A stretch of 63,573 nucleotides of DNA, filler included, from Craspedostauros australis (Eukaryota): assembly GCA_030167865.1 (NCBI GenBank). It is 8 parts of 8 records of this genome, joined end to end, with 100 filler letters (N's around TTAATTAATTAA, not from the genome) between each part and the next. Parts side by side here need not be neighbours in the genome. Positions count along the whole stretch, not along the records: positions 42,996 to 59,784 come from JALAGF010002120.1; 7 more parts are not named here. One strand, given 5' to 3'. The translations under genes were made by a program, and so were the position numbers. The number at the start of each line of letters is the position of its first letter. Position 1 is the first letter of the stretch. The notes under the pieces are model-generated. The model searched no databases. It saw nothing but the letters and a program-made list of their open reading frames with translations, and had not been told where the DNA came from. Of this stretch, positions 45,450 through 57,102 are shown in pieces.

Positions 45450-47006
45450 CTAGAAGTTCACCGCGCGGATAGCTTCCCTGAGAAAGGCCGGAACGAAGAG
45501 ACTGTCTGGATGATCGCCGAACATGACGCGCTGCGCGAACGTGAGATTCTGAATCTTGTCCTCAACGAAGGACCGCGGAAGGGACCGCAACGACTCCAGG
45601 ACGCGCTGCGTGTCCGCCAAGAACTCTCGCTGGGGCAGGAGGATGCCGTAATCGTGCATGTCCAAGGTCGATTTGAGAGTCGGCGCGTAGACGGGATACG
45701 TGTCGCTGATGATGACGGGGATGCAACCGGCTCGCACGGATCGAAGGAGAGCGTGGGTGTGCGGTGTGTCGCCCAGCAGGACGAGGCAGAACTGCGCATG
45801 GGTGAAGTGATCGAGCCACTCGGTGCGGTCCTCCATGTCAAAGCCGATGGAGTTGGAATCGTTGGCCAAGTCGGTGCGATTGATCGGTGCATGGCGATAG
45901 GGCGTGGCGTTGAAGAGGGAGGGCATGGTGCGGGTGTGGTAGAAGATGTGGAACCTTGAGGTGTCGAACCTGCGCATGCTTGCCAGGATCAAGGGGAAGG
46001 ATGCTGAGCTGGTGCCCAGTCCGAGCGAGAAGCAGCGCGGCACGGATGGTTTCATGACGCGGAAGGCTGCATCATAGTCGGAACCATAGAACTGCGCATC
46101 CGCTCTCACGCCTGCACCTGTGCCTGGCAGTGTTCTCGCATTTGCCCTGCCATCCGAGTAAGCCTTCTCAACCGCCTTGACATCGAAGGACATGGCGACG
46201 GTGACATTCTCCAACGGCGCGTAGAACTTGGACAAGGACCGGACCTTGCCGATATCGGCTTGATGGAAAGTGACAAGAACGGTGGAGACGAGGATGTGGT
46301 TGTTGCCCCTCCCGGTCATGCGCCGGAAAATAGGATGCGCAAAGAGCTGACGGAAGACCCTGCCGCGCTTCCCCTTGGTTCCATCCTCCAATTCCGCCTT
46401 CCATGCGACCATCTCGCCGGGCAGGATCGGAATGACGAACTGCTGGGCCTTGCTGGCATCGCGCGTTCGCAGCGGGTGGTTGTTCAAGTGCTGCAGCACA
46501 TCTCGATCGTACTCGATGTCGCGGGCGTATCGTGCGTAGACGTACGGAATGATGGGATGCGGGCCCAGCAGAGCTGGGAGATCTGTTTCGTTGTACACGT
46601 AGTACAGCGGAGCTTCGGACAGCAGCGCGTTGGCGAGCTGTTCATGGTGTTTGGCCAGGTGGCTTCTTTCATTGGGTTCATTCCGAGCAAGTTCATGATG
46701 TTGATTGCCATTGTTGCTGTTGCTATGATTGTTGCTGTTGCTATGATTGTTGCTATGACTATTGCCGTCGGAATACACCAGCGATTGCAACAGCAAATCC
46801 GGGGCTGCCTCAAGCAAACCCTCAATCTCCTGCGATCCGATCCGTGCTGACGAATGGATGATCAGGAGAAACCTGAACGTGAGTACAAGGCACGTGCCAC
46901 AGCACAATGCCGTGACGATCCGTATTCCTGCAGATTGGCCGATTGCTTTTCCTGCGGTCTTTTCTGTCGTCTTTGCTGCGGCCTTGGCTATCTTTGATTC
47001 GTCCAT
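45450..47006 (-). CDS. Exostosin-family (GT47) glycosyltransferase, type II membrane protein
   Basis: N-terminal TM; HPLRTRDASKAQQFVIP; AQFCLVLLGDTPH..SVRAGCIPVIISD. Confidence 0.88.
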   Translation of the reverse strand: MDESKIAKAAAKTTEKTAGKAIGQSAGIRIVTALCCGTCLVLTFRFLLIIHSSARIGSQEIEGLLEAAPDLLLQSLVYSDGNSHSNNHSNSNNHSNSNNGNQHHELARNEPNERSHLAKHHEQLANALLSEAPLYYVYNETDLPALLGPHPIIPYVYARYARDIEYDRDVLQHLNNHPLRTRDASKAQQFVIPILPGEMVAWKAELEDGTKGKRGRVFRQLFAHPIFRRMTGRGNNHILVSTVLVTFHQADIGKVRSLSKFYAPLENVTVAMSFDVKAVEKAYSDGRANARTLPGTGAGVRADAQFYGSDYDAAFRVMKPSVPRCFSLGLGTSSASFPLILASMRRFDTSRFHIFYHTRTMPSLFNATPYRHAPINRTDLANDSNSIGFDMEDRTEWLDHFTHAQFCLVLLGDTPHTHALLRSVRAGCIPVIISDTYPVYAPTLKSTLDMHDYGILLPQREFLADTQRVLESLRSLPRSFVEDKIQNLTFAQRVMFGDHPDSLFVPAFLREAIRAVNF

Positions 47007-47577
47007 CACATCCTCTTCATGTTATTCGAGTATCCTCTTCCTCCACAGCATGAAGATGGTATGGAGTATAATACGTGTGTGATTCCGAGCCTCCTCGATT
47101 CAAGTCTTCTGCTCTTCTTCCACAACGATGATGATGACAATGGCGGCTCGGCATGGCGCAACAAGTGATGGTCCCATCAGCATGGATCGTGATGGCAGAA
47201 TCGTGATGGCAGAATCGAAGATGACCGTGCCAAATCCTTGTGACTCTCTTGGCGTCATCTTGTGTCGTGGTTTGAATCCCACCAAATGGAAGAAGCGAGT
47301 CGTACTGATCAGATCACGAAAGTCCAACGAGTCGTGACCATCTCCATCACATTGCGTCACATGAATCACGACTCACGGACAGAACGGTGTGAGGAGTTCG
47401 TGTTCGTCCGCAGAAGGAGCACGCAGAAGGAGCACGCGGAGTGTCATTCGTCATCCTGTGCCTCATCCTGTGCTCACAAAAACGACAACCAAACAAAGAC
47501 CGCAAGAGTCAATCAAGAGCAGTCGTATTCCCAACACAGAAGAACAGAGACCAACAAGAAACAAGCAGCAAGTAACG

Positions 47578-48039
47578 ATGGGCGGAAACGTGAGCAGGCA
47601 GACGGAGGATGGCACCATCCAGGCCTTCACCTTCTACGGCCTCGGATGCGATCGATGCTCCCGCAAGCAGCAGTTCGTGCCTGGCGCCCCCGCGGCTTCG
47701 GGATGCGGCACCTCCGCTGGCGCAGTCCATTTCACGCCACCGGTGGAGTACGCCGATGCGCTGCAGGAGATGCGGGACGATCTGACGCAGGCGGCGATCT
47801 ACGCCAGCGAGGAGATCAGCTGGACCAGCAGCACCTTCTTCACGACCTGCGACACCACCACGCTCAAGGCGGCGGAGAAGGTCAACGCGGAGTGGTGCAA
47901 GGAGCTCAACGAGGGCTGCCTGGGAGAGGCAGGACTGTACTGCCATGCGGCCGCAGAGCTCTTTGGGTTTGGGCGAACGCGTCAGCTCTTCCTCGTCATT
48001 AGGGTCTATGCATTGCCATCGACGCCGAAGGCAGTCTGA
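47578..48039 (+). CDS. Small putatively N-myristoylated Cys-containing protein (weak resemblance to Erf4/GOLGA7-type domain)
   Basis: MGGNVS matches the MGxxxS myristoylation consensus; strong coding codon bias. Confidence 0.7.
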   Translation: MGGNVSRQTEDGTIQAFTFYGLGCDRCSRKQQFVPGAPAASGCGTSAGAVHFTPPVEYADALQEMRDDLTQAAIYASEEISWTSSTFFTTCDTTTLKAAEKVNAEWCKELNEGCLGEAGLYCHAAAELFGFGRTRQLFLVIRVYALPSTPKAV

Positions 48040-48084
48040 GTGTCCGTATTCGTGTGGTAGAGTAGCAAAGTTGTAAAGAGCAGA

Positions 48085-48115
<31 letters not shown>

Positions 48116-48425
48116 GGAGAGAGAAGTGCAATGTACCATACAGATAGCTCGTATAATATGTATTCTACTCTAAGAGATTGAGTTATATTGTGTTGCCATA
48201 GAGGAGAGCATGTATTGCTGGAGCACTCCGATTGCTCTCCCTCTCGACATACGAATACTTGTAGGGAGTGTTGGGCAACACAGCTCGTCCTCGCACAGCG
48301 AGAACACGTGCGGTATCCGTCGATAACAGTCTTCGACTAGAGGAGGGCACCTTGTTCCAGCATAACGTTGATTGGAGCATACCTTCCTTTACACTGCTCG
48401 TACGAGCCAGTGCTCTGACCACCGA

Positions 48426-50366
48426 TCAATGCCGCAGCAGCAGCAACTGCGAGAATCCCCAATCTGCGAGGATGACGAGAAGACCAGAGACGACGACGGC
48501 CGAGGTGATAACGAAGGGAACCCCGCGCGGCGTCAATTGGGCATGGCATCGCGCGCTGAGCTCGGACACCATCATGATGAGGACGATGTACACCATGCTC
48601 TTCAGCAGCATGTAGACGGGCGGATACGTCACGAGCTCGATCGCGGTGTCCTGGTAAGACTGGGAGAATGTGGTCGTGCCCGTGATGTTTGTCACAAAGT
48701 CCACGACGTCGGTGTCCGTGATGATGCCGTCCCAATCGGACCACGTTTGATCGTCCCAGAGCTGAGCCAATCCGTTGAGACGCAGGGTGGGCAAGACGGC
48801 GTCCTGCACATCCTGCTGATACTGCTCCATATCGCCGATACCGTAGTGCGGCCCCACGAAGCCGCCCAGCACCAAGGCCAGGATGGTGCCGATGCAGGTG
48901 AGGATGGGTGACGCGATGAAGGCGGCCAGAAGCGAGGGCAGCAGAGACCAGCGCAGCGACGAAATGCCCAGCGTCTGCAGCAACGCCGTTTGGCGCGTGG
49001 CCTTCAAGGTGGCCATCTTGCCGGCGTAGGATCCGCCGATGCGGCCGCACAGCAGCAGGGCCGTGAGGAGCGGACCGATCTCCAGAACGAAGAGCTTGGC
49101 CATGCCCATGGCGAAGAGGGTGGCCTTGGCGTTGGGCAGGGTGGAGTTGATGAGCTGAGTGACCTTGATGTTGAGGCCCATCATGGTGAGGGCGGTGGGT
49201 TCGGATCCCGTGAGGAATTTGATCATGGGCTTGACCTCCCTGTTGATGATGTCGAGGAGGTTGTCCGTGACATCCAGCCGTTGCAGCAGATCGGCGCTGA
49301 GCATGGAGATGGCGAGACCGCACGCCGTGAAGGCCAGGATGATGAGGGGCATGCTGAGCCAGAGGTAATCATTCGTCTGGTGGAAGCAACGATGCAGGAA
49401 GCGGGTTCCGAACAGACTGGGTCGGCGGTGCGATGCAGTTGATGAATCGGAGTAGTCTTCGCTATTGCGCATCGGTTCCCGCAGATTGATAGTGATGTTG
49501 CGCGATGTGGAGTTGGGATCCATGACCATGGCCAGCAGCTCCGGCTGATGCGAGATGATGACGAAGGCCGTGTCCTGCGTCTTGCGCAGATGCACGAGCT
49601 CCTTGGCCACGCTGACCGCCGCATGATGATCCAACCCAGTGAAGGGCTCATCGAGGACGATGACGTGCTTATCCTGCGCCAGCTGCAACGCCAGACTCGC
49701 GCGCCGCCCCATGCCTCCCGACAGCTCGCTGGGTCGCTTGTGCGCATCACGATCGTAGTCCAAGCCTACGGTCTCCAGCAGGTCGCGGATGGCCTCCCTG
49801 CAAGCTGCCTTGGTCGCTGGCCGCTTGTTGCTGCTCGCCGCCGCATCCAGCGCGATCTGGAGGTTGCCAGCGACCGTCAGTTCATCCAGCAGGGTGGTCT
49901 GCTGAAAGAGGATGCCGCAACGCTCCGATTCCACGAGATCGGGATTCCATTCGACGTGCATCTCGATGCCGATCCTGCGAATGATCTGCCGCGATGGGAA
50001 GGACTTGGATTGCGTGGACTGCGTGCGAGAGGCAGGGATGAGACCGGCCAACGAGGTCGCCAACGTGGTCTTGCCCAAGCCGGACTTGCCCTTGAGTGCC
50101 ACGCAACCACCTGGATGCACATCGAACTTGATCTTCTCGTTGGAGAATGGACATTTGCCCGCATTCACATTCTTCGCGGAGAACCGCACGTAAGCGGCCG
50201 TCTTGTGCCTGCTGCTGTCTTCTTCCTTGTCATCCTTTCTCCTGTTGTTGCCATGCGCGTTGCCATGCGCGTTGCCATGCGCGTTGCCATGCGCGTTGCT
50301 GTGCTTGTTGCCGTTGTGGCTGTCAGCAGATGTCCTCGACTTGGACTTCGATTTGGACTTGGCCAT
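48426..50366 (-). CDS. Fused ABC ATPase + MlaE permease (MlaF-MlaE / TGD3-TGD1-like lipid transporter)
   Basis: Walker A GKSGLGKT, signature LSGGMGRR, VIVLDEP and SHQ, followed by the MlaE motif LEIGPLLTALLLCGRIGGSYAG..ATRQ..LQTLGI in one ORF. Confidence 0.9.
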   Translation of the reverse strand: MAKSKSKSKSRTSADSHNGNKHSNAHGNAHGNAHGNAHGNNRRKDDKEEDSSRHKTAAYVRFSAKNVNAGKCPFSNEKIKFDVHPGGCVALKGKSGLGKTTLATSLAGLIPASRTQSTQSKSFPSRQIIRRIGIEMHVEWNPDLVESERCGILFQQTTLLDELTVAGNLQIALDAAASSNKRPATKAACREAIRDLLETVGLDYDRDAHKRPSELSGGMGRRASLALQLAQDKHVIVLDEPFTGLDHHAAVSVAKELVHLRKTQDTAFVIISHQPELLAMVMDPNSTSRNITINLREPMRNSEDYSDSSTASHRRPSLFGTRFLHRCFHQTNDYLWLSMPLIILAFTACGLAISMLSADLLQRLDVTDNLLDIINREVKPMIKFLTGSEPTALTMMGLNIKVTQLINSTLPNAKATLFAMGMAKLFVLEIGPLLTALLLCGRIGGSYAGKMATLKATRQTALLQTLGISSLRWSLLPSLLAAFIASPILTCIGTILALVLGGFVGPHYGIGDMEQYQQDVQDAVLPTLRLNGLAQLWDDQTWSDWDGIITDTDVVDFVTNITGTTTFSQSYQDTAIELVTYPPVYMLLKSMVYIVLIMMVSELSARCHAQLTPRGVPFVITSAVVVSGLLVILADWGFSQLLLLRH

Positions 50367-50993
50367 GTTGCTCTCCTTGAATTTGGGATTGTGATTACTA
50401 ATAATAATTTGATGCCAACGACGGCGATGATAATGATGATGATGATAGTCGTAATAATGATGACAATGATGACAATGATGATGGTGATGGTGGTGATGGG
50501 AAAGCCGATGACTTCGAACACATCAAAGTGGAAGATCTTGGATCTTTGCCTGCACGTTGCGAAGAAGCCACGTTTCCGAAATCTTAGTCGAACTAATCGT
50601 ATTGCGAAACACGATGTCAACGGAATCCACTGTTGTATTTATCATTAAATGTCGTTTGTACTTCAATGAGATCAGATTGTGTGACGTCAGAAGTCATCAC
50701 CTTGTTCCATCAACGTCGATTTGAATGGATCGACGTCACGAACAACATCAACATGAGGCGACACCCGTACTTGTGCGAGCTGCAGCGCCCGACTTGGCGA
50801 CCATGGCGAGCGTCCATCTTCAAAAGGAGCAGCGGCAGATGGCCACCGTTCATCTCACACCATAACGTATATAATAGCACCCATACTCGTACTCGCATCA
50901 GACACTGACGCTGAGGATATCCAGCATCAACAATATCAACAACATCAAGAGACATATTGATTCACGCTCAAAGAGAAAGGAGACGAGACGACG

Positions 50994-51707
50994 ATGACGA
51001 CGACGATGATGAGATCAGGGACACAATCCAATGCCGTTGCAGGTGCAGCTGCCCCAAGACGATGCAATCCGGTTGCAACCACAACCACAACCCTGATGAT
51101 GATGATGATGACGATCGTTTGGTGCGCCTGCGTCGCATCGTTCGGTTCCGCATTTGATGCATCTCCCCCACACAGACGCACCATGCCAACAACAACCATC
51201 GGCAGGAGGATATCGACGACGCATCTGTCTGCCACATCGGAGCAGGATGTGTGGAAGGCCGTTGAACGCGCCGAATCGCTGTGGGAGGAGGCCTTGGAAG
51301 CGCGCAAGAATGCCAACGCCATGTCGGATCGCGCCGAGGAAGAAGCGGAGGCTGCCGCGTCGCAATCGACCGAGGTCAACGAGATGCTGTCCAACATGAA
51401 GTCCATCAGTCTGGAGAAGATCGCGCAGGCCGATACTGTGGCGGCGGCCAGTCTCGATGCCGGGTCCATCCTGCGCAAGGCTCTGGATGCCAAGGAGGAG
51501 GCGGATCGGTTAGAGGCTTTGGCGGAAGAGGCGCTGGAAGAGTCCGAGGTCGTCCTGGATCAGCATCTGCAGGATTTTCCGGATTCGCCTTTGGCGGACT
51601 TGGATGTCGAGGGAGACGACGTCAACGATGATGGCGATGATGTTGGCGACGATGTTGGTGGGAAGGACGAGTCTGCTGCAGATACTGGAGACAAGAGCAA
51701 GCAATAA
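50994..51707 (+). CDS. Putative plastid-targeted acidic coiled-coil protein (true start probably a downstream Met)
   Basis: Hydrophobic stretch ending GSA-F, then a T/R/S-rich transit-like region and E/A-rich helices. Confidence 0.7.
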   Translation: MTTTMMRSGTQSNAVAGAAAPRRCNPVATTTTTLMMMMMTIVWCACVASFGSAFDASPPHRRTMPTTTIGRRISTTHLSATSEQDVWKAVERAESLWEEALEARKNANAMSDRAEEEAEAAASQSTEVNEMLSNMKSISLEKIAQADTVAAASLDAGSILRKALDAKEEADRLEALAEEALEESEVVLDQHLQDFPDSPLADLDVEGDDVNDDGDDVGDDVGGKDESAADTGDKSKQ

Positions 51708-52132
51708 TGCTGAAAGGTATTCTATTACAATGGTTGAGTCCTCTTGTCGAGTCGTCACACATGATGGTCGATGGATGTGCACCTACACAGCCGGCCGAAT
51801 GATCCGATTTCGCACGCTTCGAAACAGAACAGCAACTACTCCCTCTTTCCCCTCCAGAGAGAGAGAGTTTTGGTGTGGCACTCAAGGAGGGTACTCCATA
51901 CATACTAATACCAATACCAGGACACTTACCACAACTCCGATTATGTGCCCAATGCTCCCATTAGATCCAATAGTCAACTAGGGGCCTCTACTCTGTACTA
52001 ACAAGTGTTGCACTGTCCCAATACTTTGGTCTATTCTGTTACTATATATATTAGTCCATGCTCGGACTGGCATGTACTCGTATTCATTTCCCATGTACAA
52101 AACGATACTCCATGTTCATTCGCCACACACTT

Positions 52133-55100
52133 CTATGGGTGCGTGATCCCTCTTTGATAGTTGCGAAGCATCTCCGCCACGATCTCTTCACCGCGGCGTT
52201 CCCATTCCTGCCGATTGGCGCGTGCGTAGTTCAGATACTCGTCGCTCGACTTACCAAACACGCCGCACTCCTTCAGCTTCTTCGCCAGCGGGATGATGTA
52301 AAAGTCAAAGAATCCCAGCTCCCCCCTGTACCAGTTGTCCACAGGGTTCGTCTCCGAACGACCCTGCTGATACGCTGCGTAGCATTCCCCGAAGAAACGG
52401 CTGTTCCACTTGCGGTACACGTGCCAGTGCTGCATGGTGTGCGCCACGTCGCTGGCCTGGATCAGATGCTCGATCACGATCGTGGCCTTGCGGTTGGTGC
52501 TCTCTATGTGCATGCTGTGGGTTTCGATCGTCTCCTCCTCGTTGAACGCCTTGTCCCACCGGTTGTTGCGGAGCTCCTTCAGCTCCTTGTCCACGATGTC
52601 CGTCGCCATCACGGCGTTCACCACCAGCTGGCGGAAGCGATCAAGTTCCGTGGCCGTGGAGCAGATGCAGGATCGGAGCTCGTTGAACTCGTCACACATG
52701 AAGATCTCCCACGACAGCACCATCGAATTCTGCTCGGCGACGGACTTGCTGTCGTACAGCTGCGCCATCATCGTGTTCTCCTTCACCAGCTGGGCGTTCG
52801 GTACGCCGGGGTGGTCGACGTCGTGCGTCAGAGCGGCGAATCCGCAGGCGAACTGGGTCAGAGGATCGGATGTGATGCCGTACGTGTGATCGTGTAGCGT
52901 TGCTGCCACGAACTGCCGATCATCTTTTTCGTTGCCGGTGTCGGCAGCTTGGGTCACCGGGTTTGCCATGTCATCGAGCTCTTCGAGATCGGTTGGCGCG
53001 ACGATGCGCGTGAGGAGCTTCATCACCGACATCGTCACGTGCGACGCGTGCTCGAAATTGTGGAAGGGATGGCCACCGTACATCGATGCGATTGTGGTGA
53101 TGAACAGGCGCAGCTGTTCCTCGATGACGGGGTCGATCTTGACGTCCTCGGGGTCCTTCTGGAGTCTTGCTGCCTCCCGGCTGAATTCGGGAAGGCAGAT
53201 GATCTCCTTCACCTCGTCGAACGGAGTCAGCGGCGAGCTCTTGGATTTCGGAAGGAGGTGATGGAAGGTGTACGGTCTTGGCAAGTTCTTGTTGTGCTTG
53301 GCCCGTTTCTTCGCATGTTCCCGGACGGCATCGCGGCGGGCGATGATCTGCCGGATGATCTGAAGCAACATCTGCACGTTCCAGTCGACCAATCGCAGAT
53401 TGCGTTCGTCCAGATCTGTCCTTTCGTTCGCGCTCGTGTTCGCGTTCGCGTTGACTTGGCTGATGGTGCTGTTGAGGTTTGTCGTTGATTTTTGCATGTT
53501 TCCAGCTCCATCCATAGCTGGTGTGTTGGTGAGCATGTGATGGCTAATCTCTCCGCTTGGGTCGACGTGGTGTTCGTCATCGAGGCCCATCTTGATCCAA
53601 TACCTGCATACGCACAAGAGAGAGAAGGGGAGAGAGAGAGAGAGGTGTGCGATTGTTGCGCGCGAGGCGTTTGTCGAGATGATGCAAATATAAACCCAAA
53701 TGCATATGCAAGAAGTGAATGGACGAGTGTTTGGGTGAGTGTGTTGGCGATTGATGCATTGAAGAGATTGAGGATCCGTCAGTCCGTCCGATCATGGGAG
53801 TGCACGAATCGTGAGGTGGCGACGACACACAAATAGTTGCAACCTCGTTCTTCCTCATTTTCACTCGCATGATACCACCGCTTTACGTACGTTTGCATCA
53901 AACCCTTGCCCTTGGCTTCGACCATGTCCTTGCGCTTGATCAGCCAGTGGCTTTTCCCTTGCAGCGTCAGGCATTCGGCAGTGTCGGTGGACACTTGGAT
54001 GCGTCCGACCTCTCCCGTGTGTTCGATGCGGGACGCTGTGTTCATGGTGTCGCCGAAGAGCTGGAACCGCGCGCGCTCTCCTCGCAGGACTCCCGCGGTG
54101 ACAGGGCCAGAGTGGATGCCAACACGGACAGACAAGTCTGCCGTGTCAGGTCCATGTGTGACTTCCAATTCCTTCGTGAGAGTCTGCATCCTGATCAGGA
54201 TGTCCCTGGCAAACCGCACCATGGCGACAGCGTGATCCGCTCTTGCTTCTGGGATACCGGAGGCGGCAACGTAGCAGTCACCCACAGTTTCAACCTTGAA
54301 CACTCGCCGGATCTTGGCGACGTGGTCAAATGAGGAGAACACGGTCTCGAGGAGCGTGAAGACTTGCGATGGCTCTGCAGAGAGATATCGAACCGGTCGT
54401 TGGTTGGGTCATGATGGAGTTGCCGTCATCGTTGTTGGCGTTGATGCCAGAGATGGATACGCAGGTATTGGCAATGAAAGCAGGAAGTTATGTGAGATGA
54501 TATCAGCATCAAGTTGTTGAAAATTGTGGAAGTAGTTGAGCAGAGCAATGTCAGAACACAAGCACAGGACAGTCCAATGCAGCAGCATCTCACTGCATCA
54601 CAACATTGAAGTGTAGAGCAGAGTAGAGTACGGTACTCTTGCTTCACTCACCTCGCACCGAACTCCACGCGGTGAAGCCTGCGATATCCGCAAACAGAAT
54701 CGTCGTTTCCAAGAAGAGATCCGCCAGCGGCTTCTTATCCATGGATGTTGGTCGTTCCATGTTGCCGTTGAGGTAGTTCTTGAGGTTGGACATGCGCTTC
54801 TCTGCGAACTTGCCGTCGCCCTGGTTGCGCTGGATCAGACGGTGCTTCATGGTGCCCGGGAAGAGCGAGGTGACGATGGCATTCGACCGAGCAGCATTCT
54901 CCACCAGCCTCTGGTTGCGACGCGACACGAGCATGTCGTACACGACGAAGACGGCGGCGATGAACAGGAAGATCGCCACCATGATGATGGCGAACGTCTC
55001 CGGAGTGAATGTGCGGTAGACATCCTCAAACTCTCTCGTTGGGTAGATGCTAAGAGAGTATTTGCAGTCCTTGTCGGATCGGGAGTACTCCACATTCGAT

Positions 55101-57102
55101 GGAAGATTGAGATCGATGACCACCTCGAACTTGTCGTATTGGAGATCGTGGGAATCACCTGCGGACAGAGAGCATATGTGAGTCGAGGTAAGAAGAGCGT
55201 GTTCCCGCGCAGTGTTTGCAAGGACCAAGGCGCGCAAACCAAAAAGGGCAGTGGGTTCCAGCCGATGCAAAGAAATGGAAAGGAAATCGAAAGAGGGTGA
55301 GACGCCAGAGTTTCTGGTTCTGACGATCTTTGGGTGGATCCATCCGTGCTGTCTGGGAGATGTCGCCTTCACAAACACCTTCACAAGCACTTTCACACGA
55401 GCTTTCACATTCTCCTTCACAAACAAACATATGCGCAATCACGCACAATCAATTCGCGCGTCGCACTTTAACATACCTTTTCCTTCAAAGATCAATCCTT
55501 TGTCGTTGGACGCAAACGTGTGGTTCTGGTTGCACGTATTCCTGAGGACGACCACGATGCCCTCTGCATCAACTGGTAGCGCAGCGGAGAGTGCGGTGCC
55601 CCACGACATCGTGCCACCAAGAACTCCAACCATGGGGGAATCTGGATCATTCAACCGCGACTGGACGCTTGTGAAGAAGAAGGAGCGAGGTGCTTCTTCG
55701 CTGTGCACATCAAGTTGTGCGTGTTCGTCGCCGCGATGCACTTCCGTGAGCCCAGCGCTTCCCTCGGCACCGTAGGGTTGGGTCTGAGCGAAGATGACTT
55801 GATCCTTGAACTCAGTGATGGGTTCGACGAACCGAGACACTGCAGGTTCGCCGAGCAGATTCCAATTGATCAAGTCGTAGCTGGACGGAGCTGGGGCGGA
55901 CTCAAACAGGGGATAGTACATATCCCGTTGATCATCTGCAACGAAATCTCCGTTGCTCTTCTTGCTGATGGTGGCATGAAAGCCGGTTGCGTTCAAATCG
56001 CGGAGATGACCATTTTCCAGCATGTGCGCTTCCTTGACCATCGCTTCGTGGTTGCGCGTGCTGTACTCCTCCCACATAGCACGTTGTTCGTTCGTGACTC
56101 CATGCATGTAGAAGGAGGTCTCCGTATTTGCCGTCTTCAGAGCCGTGTCCGCCTGCTTACGGAAGAATGGCACGGTCGTGTTGGGAGTTGAGGTTTCGGC
56201 GGTCTGCAAGTGCATTGTGATCGATTCCGCCAAGCCCCGGTAGGCCGTGCGAAGGTCATGCTGCTGATCCACGATGGCGTACTCAACCGACTCGGTGATC
56301 TTTTCGAACTGTGCAGCACAATCCAATGCGATTAGATGGAAAATGAGAAGGAAGGAGGTTTGCAGATGCGAACGAAGATGTTGGGTGTGAGCTGGGGATG
56401 CAATGACAATGGTGGAATTGATCAATTGGGGATGAATGGTTGTTGTGTGTGCGAACAATAGTGCTGACATTTGAAACTTGGCCAGGCTTTCTAATCTCGC
56501 CGTCCCGTGCAACGCAATGACACGGGATGCAAGAGACGCGCGGACTGCTCGAACTTACCGCAGTGTTGAAGGTTTCCTCTTGCTCATCGTCCAGGAACTA
56601 GCGCATTGGTTTGTGAAGGTGACCGTGTAGGCGACCGTGAAGGCGACCGTGAAGGCAAAGTTGATCATGGCAGCAATGCGATTCACACCACACCGGGAAG
56701 CCCAACGATGATGGTAGGTGATGAAGGAGGGCGAGAGAAAGATGAACAGAAACAGCAAAGGAAGATGGCAGGACATGGGTGAGAAAGAGAGATGATGGGG
56801 TTGCCAGCACGGTGCAAACAAGACGGAGGGGGAGAGAGCTTGACGCAGCCACTCACCTTGTATGTGATTCCCGTCGCTACCGCAGCCGTGAGGAAGAGCA
56901 TGAAGACGACCACCAACCACCATGCGCGGACGATGGTGATGTCCTTCCTGGTCTCCTCACGCACGGCCTCAATGTATTCGTCGGAGCAGTCATCACCCAA
57001 GTCGGTCTCGAACGACTGACGCGTTATGGAGGGGTCTGCAGCTGCCTGTGCCATGTCGTCTGTCTTGTGAGCCTTTTGCTTCGAGATGTTGGATGGTATC
57101 AT
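52133..57102 (-). CDS. Receptor-type class III nucleotide cyclase fused to a class I PDE (TM, CHASE-like, TM, cyclase, PDE); exons 57102-56857, 56597-56559, 56308-55477, 55158-54652, 54374-53891, 53603-52133
   Basis: Cyclase motifs FADIAGFT, KVETVGDCY, FQLFGDTMNTASR. PDE motifs HNFEHASHV, HDVDHPG, ATD, ASDVAH. Five GT-AG introns restore the frame. Confidence 0.92.

Noticed and set aside
50682..50689. TGACGTCA palindrome in the divergent promoter between the MlaF-MlaE fusion and the coiled-coil gene
   Set aside because: A single 8-mer is expected by chance in 63 kb; no supporting evidence.
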